This document shows, piece by piece, positions 7,243 through 15,854 of a DNA stretch of 32,000 nt. The stretch comes from an uncultured Nitrospiraceae bacterium (GTDB lineage Bacteria > Nitrospirota > Thermodesulfovibrionia > Thermodesulfovibrionales > Dissulfurispiraceae). Each line of letters begins with the position of its first letter. Within the stretch, counting starts at the first letter, position 1. The stretch spans positions 922,989 through 954,988 of the forward strand of contig CAVPIW010000006.1 of the NCBI GenBank assembly GCA_963705105.1, read 5' to 3'. A model generated the notes under the pieces. It was not told the DNA's origin. It worked only from the letters and a program-made list of their open reading frames with translations, and made no database searches. A program made the position numbers and the translations under genes.

Positions 7243-9879
7243 TTAAGGCGCGACGAAGCCGGTTGCCCAGAGGTAATAGCCGCTCAGACTCCCTGCAGGG
7301 GTCACGACCGTCAGCAGGAAATAGTTGCCCGTCGGGAAATAGTGGAGCGGGAAAGTCGCATAGAGATGCTCGTCGATGGGTCCCGTCGTATTGGACCTCC
7401 ACTTGGGCAACGGGAGGGCTGCCGGCTGGAGGCCCAGGTCCTCCCGGATCATCCAGATGAGATCCCCGCTAAGGGCGGGTGCGACCAGGGCAAGGTAAAT
7501 ATCCACAGGACCGGTGAATTCCGGGAACCCCACCCGCAGATTGAGCACACCGCCCTCAGGCGTCCCTCCCGTGAACGGCCGGGCGAGAGACGGATTGGGA
7601 TCGTAGACCGGCGCCGCCAACGGAAAATAGGTATCAATGAAAGCCCCCGTCGGCACCGCCATGGGGTTGCAGCCCGTCTCCGCAGCGCCGTGGGTCAGGT
7701 CGCCGCTGTAGTAAACCCAGGCCTTCGTTGTCCCCGAGGGCAGCCCGCTGACGACAAATGTGCCTTCGGCGCTGGCGTTCACGTACCGGATCTCCTTCGT
7801 GCCGCCAACGAGCAGTTCGACGGCAATCCTGGCGTTCGGGACTGCAGGGATGAGCCGCCCTGAGAGGATCGCGATCGGCGCCGCCACCGCCTGCCTTGCC
7901 TCGCATTCGATCCTCGTCCTGTTCACGAGATGCGTCCAGAGATCTACGCCGCCGATGGGGATGAAGGTGTCGGCATAGGGCACATAGGCCTCGATCTTCG
8001 GCTTCCCGATGAATCCGGGACGCTCGTCCATCTGCCTGGAATCGCGCGGATTTTCAGGTCTCCCCGACGGCAGGGCCATAAAGAAGACCGTCTCCTTGCC
8101 GCCCGGCGGCAGGTCCAGGGTTTCGGGCTCGACGATGACGGCCCATCCCGGAGGGATGTCCTTGACACTGAAGTGGACCGGCGTCCGGCCGTCGGTGAAG
8201 GGATTGAACACGGTGATCGACTGACCGGCGCCATCATAAGGACTGCCGGCGCTCGTGTCGAAGTGGCTGACGTTCTCCTGGGCCACATTATTCGCCGTGC
8301 TCAGCTCACCGGCGATGTCCTCGATCTCTGCCTTGATACAGGTGTGCTGTCCTACCGAAGGCTTCCAGATCACATAGTCCTCGACAGTGTCGCCGGCTGC
8401 GACGGTCGGGAAGATGATCGTCCCGAGAAACCCCCAGTCCGGTCCTGCATCACCCATGCCGGGAGGGTCGTTCTGGAACACCTGGACGCGTACGTTCGTG
8501 GCGACGCCGGGCCCGATGTTCCGTATCCGCACATAGACACGGTTGTCATGATCTACCCAGGCGTCGTCTCCGTTGCCCGTGGGATTCCCGCCGCCGTCTG
8601 TGTAGCGGTAGGTGTCGAAGCCGTTCTTTGCGCTGTCGATCCAGATATCGACTGTCTCATGGGGAGGCGCTCCCCAGGGGATGATCATGGGATCGGGTTT
8701 GGCCGACGGAGGCAGCAGGTACCGGATGCGGACGGTGTAATTGTTCCCCGTCTGGCTCAGAACGTCCACCGTGAGGTTCCGCGAGGGATCCGTAAAGGAT
8801 TCGCCGACGCCGAGGGGCGCCTGGTCGAGGTTCAACGCCGAGGGGTTCTCCAGCACGATACATTTCAGGATGTTCATGGGGTCTTCGTTGACGATGGAGA
8901 CGAGGACACCCTCGCTCGGCAGGTTCTCGTCGCCGCTTATCTGCCGCCGGTTTTCAATGACGTACCCGTTGAAGGGGGACCCGCTTGTGAAGGGGATCCT
9001 CACGATCTGCGTGCCCCCGGCTGTAAAGAGCTCCTGCGGTGCGATCGTTATCGTCCTGTCGATGTCGGCGCCCACGGGAGGCCCGACGGTCTCTATTCTC
9101 GGGGAGGCCGCGCCGGTCCATCCCGGTATCCATCCCCGCTGCGACTTCGCGTAGCCGATGAAGTGATTGATACCAGGGCTGAGCCCCATGATGTCCCAGG
9201 GAGTGATGACGTCACGGGTCAGGCCGGGGTTCCAGCGGATGTCACCGTAATGCGTCGGCAACCCCAGTTCGTGCCCCAGTTCATGGGCAGCCACGGAACC
9301 GGCCTGATCGAAATTCCGTGCCTCTCCGACCGTCGCGCCCAGCCATTCGTTGACGATCGCCATGGTCATGAACCGTTTTCCGACGGAGGAGCCGCCCTCG
9401 ACGAAATAGCTCTCGATCCCCTCATTGACCCGCCACCACCAGGGGCCGCCGCCCTGGCCGCCGAAACCGTCCCAGTTGGTGATGACGAGGACGCGGTCGT
9501 AGTTCGCCATATTGACGTCCGGATCGATGAGGTTGATGGCGTCCTGCCCCGTTTTGGAGAAGTCGTAGGACGCCGAGGCGTAGCCCAGGTTGTACCAGGT
9601 CCCGGCAGGGGACGTCTCGAAAATGAAATTCGTCTGGTTGAATGTTGCACCGTTGTAGAAAGTGTTGACCTCGTTGTTGAGAAGATTCACCCAGTCTGTG
9701 CAGGTGCCAAGCCTCGTCGTTGCATCATCGCTCCACCTCACACAGATGACGAGGACAGGCTGGTTCACGCCGATGTGGCTCCTCGACGCAGCATAGACAT
9801 CAGATACCGCTGCGACGAGAGACAGAACAACTGCCAGTACAAGAAACACCCGAAAACAGGATCGCTTCAATGCTCTCAT
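7243..9879 (-). CDS. large secreted zinc metalloprotease (HExxH), tentatively M6/InhA-like, with CARDB-like and C-terminal beta-sandwich regions
   Basis: ATG 9879 is preceded by AAGGAGGTG. Signal peptide MRALKRSCFRVFLVLAVVLSLVAAVSDVYA. Metal site AAHELGHELGLPTHYG. The track ORF was trimmed from 10008. The family assignment is from memory of M6 motifs. Confidence 0.8.
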   Translation of the reverse strand: MRALKRSCFRVFLVLAVVLSLVAAVSDVYAASRSHIGVNQPVLVICVRWSDDATTRLGTCTDWVNLLNNEVNTFYNGATFNQTNFIFETSPAGTWYNLGYASASYDFSKTGQDAINLIDPDVNMANYDRVLVITNWDGFGGQGGGPWWWRVNEGIESYFVEGGSSVGKRFMTMAIVNEWLGATVGEARNFDQAGSVAAHELGHELGLPTHYGDIRWNPGLTRDVITPWDIMGLSPGINHFIGYAKSQRGWIPGWTGAASPRIETVGPPVGADIDRTITIAPQELFTAGGTQIVRIPFTSGSPFNGYVIENRRQISGDENLPSEGVLVSIVNEDPMNILKCIVLENPSALNLDQAPLGVGESFTDPSRNLTVDVLSQTGNNYTVRIRYLLPPSAKPDPMIIPWGAPPHETVDIWIDSAKNGFDTYRYTDGGGNPTGNGDDAWVDHDNRVYVRIRNIGPGVATNVRVQVFQNDPPGMGDAGPDWGFLGTIIFPTVAAGDTVEDYVIWKPSVGQHTCIKAEIEDIAGELSTANNVAQENVSHFDTSAGSPYDGAGQSITVFNPFTDGRTPVHFSVKDIPPGWAVIVEPETLDLPPGGKETVFFMALPSGRPENPRDSRQMDERPGFIGKPKIEAYVPYADTFIPIGGVDLWTHLVNRTRIECEARQAVAAPIAILSGRLIPAVPNARIAVELLVGGTKEIRYVNASAEGTFVVSGLPSGTTKAWVYYSGDLTHGAAETGCNPMAVPTGAFIDTYFPLAAPVYDPNPSLARPFTGGTPEGGVLNLRVGFPEFTGPVDIYLALVAPALSGDLIWMIREDLGLQPAALPLPKWRSNTTGPIDEHLYATFPLHYFPTGNYFLLTVVTPAGSLSGYYLWATGFVAP

Positions 9880-10021
9880 GTAATGCACCTCCTTGCGATT
9901 AGAAAAAACAGGTTGTGTTTCCTGAAATCCCGCTTCATCCCCATGATCAAAAATACCTGTGCCGGGGTCAACAAAAGACCGACAAAAGTTCATACTCACG
10001 AATACCACAGAAAATGCCCAT

Positions 10022-10071
10022 TGTCAACAAAAAAATGTTCTCATCATCTGATATCCGATTTTTTGTTGACA
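10022..10071. promoter_or_regulatory. 13-bp perfect inverted repeat in a divergent intergenic region, each arm containing a TTGACA box
   Basis: TGTCAACAAAAAA (10022-10034) and TTTTTTGTTGACA (10059-10071) are exact reverse complements separated by 24 nt. Confidence 0.6.
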
Positions 10072-10094
10072 TCCCTGACTTTCATCCCTATACT
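10066..10094 (+). promoter_or_regulatory. sigma70-type promoter TTGACA-17 nt-TATACT
   Basis: TTGACA at 10066-10071, a 17-nt spacer and TATACT at 10089-10094, ~35 nt upstream of ATG 10129 with SD AAGGAGGG. Confidence 0.6.
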
Positions 10095-10128
10095 TGATGC
10101 AAGGTCACCAGAAAAAAGGAGGGTACAC

Positions 10129-10618
10129 ATGAGAAAAGTCATTATCGCGGCATTTTTCCTCGGCATTCTGCTCTTCAGCGTCTCACCTGCCCCGGCACTT
10201 GATATCATCGAACATCCCCGTTTTTGTCCTCGATCCGTGTCTCTTCGCAACTGCGACGGTCGATGTGACCCCCGAGACATGGTACGACATTTCGGGCACA
10301 CCGCCAGGCCCGTACTTCAGCTCCATCATCAGGTACGACATAAGTCAGTCCGGCACGACGATCGGCAACGTGATCAGCAGCTACAAGAGGGTGACCATCG
10401 GCGGCGAAAAGAAAATATCCATGGAAGACACGATAATCGCGGGTGATGTGGTCATCTACGGCAGGTCGTCGAAAACCGGCTCCGGGATCATGGGGGCAAG
10501 GGGGATCGTCGTCGGCATCACCGACAGGGGCAGACCCATCACAGGCAATACCATCACCTATCTTCTGTCGAGCTTCGGCGGAAACAACAGGCTCTGCTTC
10601 TTCGTCACAACACCCTAA
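10129..10618 (+). pseudogene. small secreted protein gene with a frame disruption (signal peptide in one frame, mature beta-rich part in the +1 frame)
   Basis: ATG 10129 encodes MRKVIIAAFFLGILLFSVSPAPA, then Arg/His-rich junk. The +1 frame from ~10199 encodes a plausible 139-aa sequence ending at 10618. The switch must occur near the C4/T5 runs at 10222-10231. Confidence 0.6.
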
Positions 10619-10628
10619 GCATTTCTCA

Positions 10629-10657
10629 GCGAGGGACGGCCTGTCGTCGTCCCTCGC
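10629..10657 (+). terminator. stem-loop downstream of the secreted-protein gene (no U-tract)
   Basis: 10-bp perfect stem GCGAGGGACG/CGTCCCTCGC with a 9-nt loop. No T-run follows, so terminator function is uncertain. Confidence 0.35.
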
Positions 10658-10700
10658 CTGGTGACCTCCCCCCTTCCACTCCCATTCGACAGGCAAAGTC

Positions 10701-11055
10701 AACCTTATTGTTGCAATACACTCCCGGGAAAGGCGGAGCGACGATGCCACCGCAAGAGTCATTAAGTCATTGAGTCATTAAAGTCATTGTCGGCAGTCGA
10801 CAGTCGGAACAAGGTCACGAATACCAGGACGGGAAGGCTGATGTGGTGAAAAGCCTTTCCTCTAAGATACCTTGTTTATCCCCAGACCACCCTCTGCCGT
10901 GTCTATTGATACCGGAAGCCCGTCAGGCAACAGGCGCTGAACACCTTGCAATGTCTCATCATCGCATTGGAGAGGCTTTGAACTATATCTGCCTTCCCGG
11001 AGGCGCGTCGGTTTCAGCGGGGCCTTGAGGCGCTTCGCCCCGCCTTTCTATGCAA
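10701..11055 (+). repeat. MITE-like element, copy 3, variant with ~190-bp replacement module
   Basis: 10701-10837 matches the left two-thirds of the family and 11030-11055 matches the right terminal repeat (GCGCTTCGCCCCGCCTTTCTATGCAA). The stretch 10838-11029 is unrelated to the usual hexamer module. Confidence 0.8.
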
Positions 11056-11063
11056 GGTCAAAC

Positions 11064-13012
11064 CCATCTTCTACAGTTGGACCCGAAAAGCGCTCCGAAT
11101 CAGACATAAGAATCTATGAGAAACAGGGTGATATGAGGAGAGGAATTGGAAAGAAGCTCAAAACATAGTGCCACGTCATAGCCATTATAAGCTTGCCAAT
11201 AGGGATTAGAATGGGTATAATATTAATGTCATGTTCATCAGAATCAAACCATCCGGCCCCCGCTCCTATCTGCAGATCGTTGAAAGCCGATGGGAAAACG
11301 GCAAGGTCCGCCAGAAAGTCATCGCCACCCTGGGGCGTGTCGATAAACTCCGGGAATCGGGAGCTTTGGACAGCCTCGTACGCTCGGGGGCGCGGTTTTC
11401 AGAAAAGCTTGCCCTGCTTGATGCCTATGACAAGGGAGAGGTTCCGTCTGTGGGACAGCAAAAGATCGGACTGCCTCTGGTGTTTGGCCGACTATGGAAG
11501 GAACTCGGCATCCCGGACGTGATCACCCGCGTGCTGTCGCAGAGGAAGTATCAGTTTGCCGTGGAGAGGGCGATCTATCTGACGGTGCTGCACCGGCTCA
11601 GCGCATCGGGCTCTGACAGGGCGGCGGACAAGTGGAAGGACGACTACCGGATTGAGGCGGCGGAGGGGATCGAGCTGCACCACCTGTACCGGGCGATGGC
11701 ATGGTTAGGGGAGGAGTTGCCGGAGGACGACCAGGAAGGGGCGACACCCTTTGCCTGCCGGTGCACGAAGGACCTGATCGAAGAAGGGATCTTTGAGCGC
11801 CGGAGGGACCTGTTTACAGATCTCACCCTGGTGTTTTTTGACACCACGAGCATCTATTTTGAAGGAAATGGGGGAGAGGAGATCGGGCAGTTGGGCAACA
11901 GCAAGGACCACCGGCCTGACCTTCTGCAGATGGTGGTGGGTGTGATCATCGACAGCGCGGGTCGGCCGTTGTGCTGTGAGTTGTGGCCGGGCAACACGAC
12001 GGACGTCAAGAGCCTTCTTCCCGTCACCGAGAGATTACGCAAGCGGTTTGGGATCCAGCGGGTCTGTGTCGTGGCGGACCGGGGGATGATCAGCGCGGCG
12101 ACGGTCAAGGAGTTGCAGACGGGGGAGGTCCCGTACATCCTGGGCGCCCGGATGAGGAGACAGAAAGAGGTCACCCAGGAGGTGCTCAGCCGGGCGGGCA
12201 GGTATGAGGAAGTGTATCCCAAGGGTGCGGACAGCAAAGCGCCCTCACCGCTGAAAGTCAAGGACGTGCGTGTTGACGACAGACGGTACGTCGTCTGTTA
12301 CAACGAGGATCAGGCCAAGAAAGACGCTCTTGACCGGCAGAGTATCGTTGCCTCCCTGCGGGACAAACTGCAGCAGGGACACAAGACATTGGTGGGCAAC
12401 AAGGGGTACCGGAAGTACCTCAAGGCGACGGGGCAGAGGTTCGGGATCGATGAGGACAAGATCAAGGCGGAGGGACGGTATGACGGCAAGTGGGTCCTCA
12501 GGACGAACACGACACTGCCGGCGCGGGAGGTGGCGCTGCAGTACAAGCAGCTGTGGATGGTGGAGCAGATCTTCCGGAGCATGAAGAGCATCCTCAGCAC
12601 GCAGCCCATCTACCACAAGTGTGACGAGACGATCCGGGGGCATGTGTTCTGCAGTTTCCTTGCATTGGTGCTGATCAAGGAACTGCAGGGGCGGATGGAA
12701 AGGAAGGGGTGGCAGGCGGAATGGGCTGATGTGATCCGTGACCTGGAGAGGGTCGAAGAAGTGACGATCCGGACCGGTACGAAGGAGGTCCTTCTCCGGA
12801 GCGACCTCAAGGGACAAGCCGGCAAGGCGTTTCAGGCGGCGGGCGTGGCTGTGCCGCCGACAGTCAGGATACTGAATCAGACTGCATTGGACATGGAGAC
12901 GTCATGACAGTGAGCGTGAAGCTGACAAGGGGATTCCTAGTGCCACGCCCTTCTTGCGCCCTCATATCCCCTTGTTATAAGAAAGTTATTTTCTTGCTAC
13001 TGTAGAAGATGG
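11064..13012 (+). mobile_element. insertion sequence, IS4 superfamily (IS1634-like), apparently intact
   Basis: Terminal inverted repeats CCATCTTCTACAGT (11064-11077) and ACTGTAGAAGATGG (12999-13012). They are flanked by the direct repeat (G)GTCAAAC at 11056-11063 and 13012-13019. A single 558-aa transposase ORF lies inside. Confidence 0.85.
11231..12907 (+). CDS. DDE transposase, IS4 superfamily (IS1634-like)
   Basis: N-terminus MFIRIKPSGPRSYLQIVESRWENGKVRQKVIATLG. Candidate DDE residues lie in FFDTTSIYF, VVADRGMIS and YKQLWMVEQIFRSMKS (Y-R-E-K-like signature). Family recall is from memory. Confidence 0.85.
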   Translation: MFIRIKPSGPRSYLQIVESRWENGKVRQKVIATLGRVDKLRESGALDSLVRSGARFSEKLALLDAYDKGEVPSVGQQKIGLPLVFGRLWKELGIPDVITRVLSQRKYQFAVERAIYLTVLHRLSASGSDRAADKWKDDYRIEAAEGIELHHLYRAMAWLGEELPEDDQEGATPFACRCTKDLIEEGIFERRRDLFTDLTLVFFDTTSIYFEGNGGEEIGQLGNSKDHRPDLLQMVVGVIIDSAGRPLCCELWPGNTTDVKSLLPVTERLRKRFGIQRVCVVADRGMISAATVKELQTGEVPYILGARMRRQKEVTQEVLSRAGRYEEVYPKGADSKAPSPLKVKDVRVDDRRYVVCYNEDQAKKDALDRQSIVASLRDKLQQGHKTLVGNKGYRKYLKATGQRFGIDEDKIKAEGRYDGKWVLRTNTTLPAREVALQYKQLWMVEQIFRSMKSILSTQPIYHKCDETIRGHVFCSFLALVLIKELQGRMERKGWQAEWADVIRDLERVEEVTIRTGTKEVLLRSDLKGQAGKAFQAAGVAVPPTVRILNQTALDMETS

Positions 13013-13150
13013 GTCAAACAATACATTTTTTCGCAAAGCCGCAAAGAGCGCAAAGAAAGCCGGAGTGCAGGCACGTTGAAACTCCCCTCCGGAATGGCGC
13101 ATTATAAAAGCCTGTCGATTATCCATTCTCATACACGGGGATAACGAACA

Positions 13151-14347
13151 ATGAAAAAAAAGCTGACAGTGAAGATTCCGAAGGGATACCTCTTTTCAGC
13201 CGTCGAGGCGGCCGTCAAGAAGCCCGGAAGAAAAGACGTGGCCCTCATCGTTTCCGAATGCGAGGCCGTCATGGCCGGCATGTTCACGATGAATACCGTC
13301 AAGGCTGCGCCGGTGAAGCTGGACATGAGGCGCATCAGGACCGGCAGGGGACAGGCCATTGTCGTCAACAGCGGCAATGCCAATGCCTGCACGGGCGAAC
13401 GGGGCATGCGGGACGCCAAAGAGATGGCCGTACTCACCGGCCGCGCGCTCAGGATGAAATCCTCCGCCGTCTACGTCTGCTCCACGGGCGTCATCGGCAC
13501 TCCCCTGCCCATGGAGAGGGTCGGGTCCGCAATACCCGGACTGGCCGCAGCGCTCGGGCAGGGGACCTTTCAGGACGTTGCCGCCGCCATAATGACGACC
13601 GACACATTCCCGAAGTTGTTCAGCAAAACGGTAAGGATCGGGAGCAAGGATGTCACTATTGCGGGTGTCTGCAAGGGGGCGGGCATGATCAGCCCGCACA
13701 TGGCGACGATGCTCTGCTTCATCATCACCGATGCGCTCATCGACCACGGGTCCCTCGACGCCTCTCTCAGGAGCGCCGTCGCAACGTCCTTTCACAGGAT
13801 CACCATCGACGGAGACATGTCGACGAACGACACCGTCCTCGTCATGGCCAACGGCATGGCGGGAAACGCCCCCATCATGACGGGCTCCCGGTCGTACCGG
13901 ATCTTCGCGTCGGCGCTCTCGGACGTGGCCTCTACGCTGGCGGCAATGGTCGCGCGCGACGGCGAGGGCGCGACGAAACTCGTCGAGATCGAGGTCAGGA
14001 ATGCCTTCAGCAAGGCCGAGGCAGAGAGGGGGGCCTTTGCCGTGGCGAATTCGCTTCTCGTCAAGACCGCTATTTACGGCAATGACGCCAACTGGGGAAG
14101 GATCATGGCAGCCCTCGGCTATTCCGGCATCCGCATGCGGGAGGACAGGACGGACATTTCCCTGAACGGTCTCAGGATCGTCAGCAGGGGTCTTGGAACG
14201 GGCAGGGACGCCGATGCAAATGAGCGGCTCAGGGCGAAAGAGGTGAAGATCGTCGTCGACCTTCGCATCGGTAAGGGATCGGCGAAGGTGCTCACCTGTG
14301 ACATGACGGAGGATTACGTCAAGATCAACGCCGAGTACAGGACTTAA
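13151..14347 (+). CDS. argJ: bifunctional ornithine acetyltransferase/N-acetylglutamate synthase
   Basis: 398 aa. Contains KGAGMISPHMATMLCFIITDA (autoprocessing ATML site) and the C-terminus DLTEDYVKINAEYRT-like motif (CDMTEDYVKINAEYRT). Confidence 0.93.
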   Translation: MKKKLTVKIPKGYLFSAVEAAVKKPGRKDVALIVSECEAVMAGMFTMNTVKAAPVKLDMRRIRTGRGQAIVVNSGNANACTGERGMRDAKEMAVLTGRALRMKSSAVYVCSTGVIGTPLPMERVGSAIPGLAAALGQGTFQDVAAAIMTTDTFPKLFSKTVRIGSKDVTIAGVCKGAGMISPHMATMLCFIITDALIDHGSLDASLRSAVATSFHRITIDGDMSTNDTVLVMANGMAGNAPIMTGSRSYRIFASALSDVASTLAAMVARDGEGATKLVEIEVRNAFSKAEAERGAFAVANSLLVKTAIYGNDANWGRIMAALGYSGIRMREDRTDISLNGLRIVSRGLGTGRDADANERLRAKEVKIVVDLRIGKGSAKVLTCDMTEDYVKINAEYRT

Positions 14348-14352
14348 ACCTT

Positions 14353-14581
14353 AACCTTATCGTTGCAACACACTCCCGGGAAAGGCGGAGCGATGATGCC
14401 ACCGCAAAAGTCATTAAGTCATTGAGTCATTAAAGTCATTGTCGGCAGTCGACAGTCGGAACAAGGTCACGAATACCAGGACGGGAAGGAAGCGTCGATA
14501 TAAAAACGATTCCTTTCACTGACACTGACACTCACACTGTCACTGTTTTTCAGAGCGCTTCACCCTGTCTTTCTGCACAAC
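14353..14581 (+). repeat. MITE-like element, copy 4
   Basis: Starts 6 nt after the argJ stop and ends 14 nt before the moeA stop (convergent genes). The right terminal repeat is degenerate (CTTCACCCTGTCTTTCTGCACAAC). Confidence 0.9.
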
Positions 14582-14594
14582 TTGCAGGGGAACG

Positions 14595-15830
14595 TCAGAA
14601 CAGACGGACCTGCACGGTCTCGCCTTCATCGACGCCGAGTTTGGCCGGCGGGACCACGACGATGCCGTCGGCCTTCACCAGGGTCGTGATGAGGCCCGAC
14701 TTTCCGAGGACCGGCACCGCGACGACCACACCGTCCCGATCTTCCAGGGCCACCCGGACATGGTCTTCCCTGCCCGCAGCGGAGGCGACGCCCTTGGCCA
14801 TCGTCGCAGTCACCTGCGCGGAGACGGGCAGCCTTTCCTCAACCCCGCCCAGTCGATCGAGCAGGGGACGGATGAAAAGGTCAAAACAGACAAAGATGGC
14901 CGCCGGGTGACCGGGAAGTCCGAAAACGGGCTTCCCCGACACGATCCCGCCGATGACCGGCTTTCCCGGCTTGAGCGACGCCCCGTGGAAGAGGACGCCC
15001 GGCGTGCCGGCTTCATTGATGATGCGGGCCGTCATGTCCTTTATCCCCGCCGAAGTCCCTCCACCGACGAGAATGATGTCCGAATCCCGGATCGACTGCC
15101 CGATCACCGCGCCGATATCATCGGATCGGTCGGAAATGATCCCTTTCCGGACGGGGATTCCGCCGTGTTCGGCGATGAGACCGGCAAGCGTGTATGAGTT
15201 GATATCCCGCACCTGGCCGGGTCCGGGCGTGCTGCCCGCCGGGACGATCTCGTCACCCGTCGCGATGATCGAGACGACAGGTTTCCGGAAAACGCCGACC
15301 CTCGTCATCCCCAGGCCGGCAAGGGCGCCGATGTCCTGGGGACGGAGCCTGCGGCCTTTCATGAGCACCGTCTCGCCCCGCCTCACGTCGTCTCCGCGCT
15401 GAATGACGTTTTCATAAGGGGCGACGGCATGCACCACCTCGATCATGTCATCGGAGACCGCCTGGGTGTGCTCCACCATGACCACCGCGTCGGCGCCGTC
15501 GGGCAGCATGCCGCCCGTGGGCATGCGCGCCGCCTCTCCCGGTCCGAGGGTGAAGCCGGGAGCAGCTCCCATGAATACCTCTCCCGTGACAGTGATATAG
15601 ACCGGGGCGGTCTCCCTGGCGCCGAAGGTGTCCGCCGCCCTGAGGGCGAAACCGTCGACGGTGGAACGCGAAAAGGCGGGAAGGTCTTCCGGCGACAGGA
15701 AATCAGAAGCAAGGACGCGCCCGCAGCAGTCCTCCAGCTCCAGGGTCTCCGTCCCGGGCGACGTGGTCGCGAGACCGGAGATGATGAGGTGAAGGGCCTC
15801 GGAGGGGGAACGGTAGGTCTTGTCGAACAT
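14595..15830 (-). CDS. moeA: molybdopterin molybdotransferase
   Basis: 411 aa with typical MoeA sequence (SPEDLPAFSRSTVDGFALRAADT..., GGTSAG, LPGHPAA). Confidence 0.9.
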   Translation of the reverse strand: MFDKTYRSPSEALHLIISGLATTSPGTETLELEDCCGRVLASDFLSPEDLPAFSRSTVDGFALRAADTFGARETAPVYITVTGEVFMGAAPGFTLGPGEAARMPTGGMLPDGADAVVMVEHTQAVSDDMIEVVHAVAPYENVIQRGDDVRRGETVLMKGRRLRPQDIGALAGLGMTRVGVFRKPVVSIIATGDEIVPAGSTPGPGQVRDINSYTLAGLIAEHGGIPVRKGIISDRSDDIGAVIGQSIRDSDIILVGGGTSAGIKDMTARIINEAGTPGVLFHGASLKPGKPVIGGIVSGKPVFGLPGHPAAIFVCFDLFIRPLLDRLGGVEERLPVSAQVTATMAKGVASAAGREDHVRVALEDRDGVVVAVPVLGKSGLITTLVKADGIVVVPPAKLGVDEGETVQVRLF

Positions 15831-15854
15831 GGGGACGGAAGAAAACGCGCTCCC

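Noticed and set aside
6014-7402. 462-aa minus-strand ORF antisense to argC.
   Set aside because: It fully overlaps the confidently identified argC gene. Its Arg/Gly/Pro-rich low-complexity composition is typical of a high-GC shadow frame, and part of it is MITE sequence.
9996-10007. Exact 12-mer TCACGAATACCA shared between the protease upstream region and the conserved GGTCACGAATACCAGGAC box of the MITE-like element.
   Set aside because: With ~210 twelve-mers in the element and ~64,000 positions (both strands) in the window, roughly one chance match is expected. It is not significant on its own.
7930-10446. 838-aa plus-strand ORF antisense to the metalloprotease gene.
   Set aside because: It is a shadow ORF with Arg/Asp/Gly/His-rich junk composition. 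Only its last ~25 codons from ATG 10129 (the signal peptide of the frame-disrupted gene) appear meaningful.
10205-10762. 185-aa minus ORF, plus related short ORFs at 25035-25235, 25057-25254 and 25235-25456, that start or end in MITE sequence (e.g. MTLAVASSLRLSRECIATIR..., ...ATAQVIKSLSH).
   Set aside because: The shared peptide segments come from translating the repeated element. They have different, non-homologous continuations at each copy and no start signals.
10843-11028. 61-aa ORF inside the variant module of MITE copy 3.
   Set aside because: It has a non-ATG start, no SD and no recognisable features, and it lies within repeat-bounded non-coding-looking sequence.
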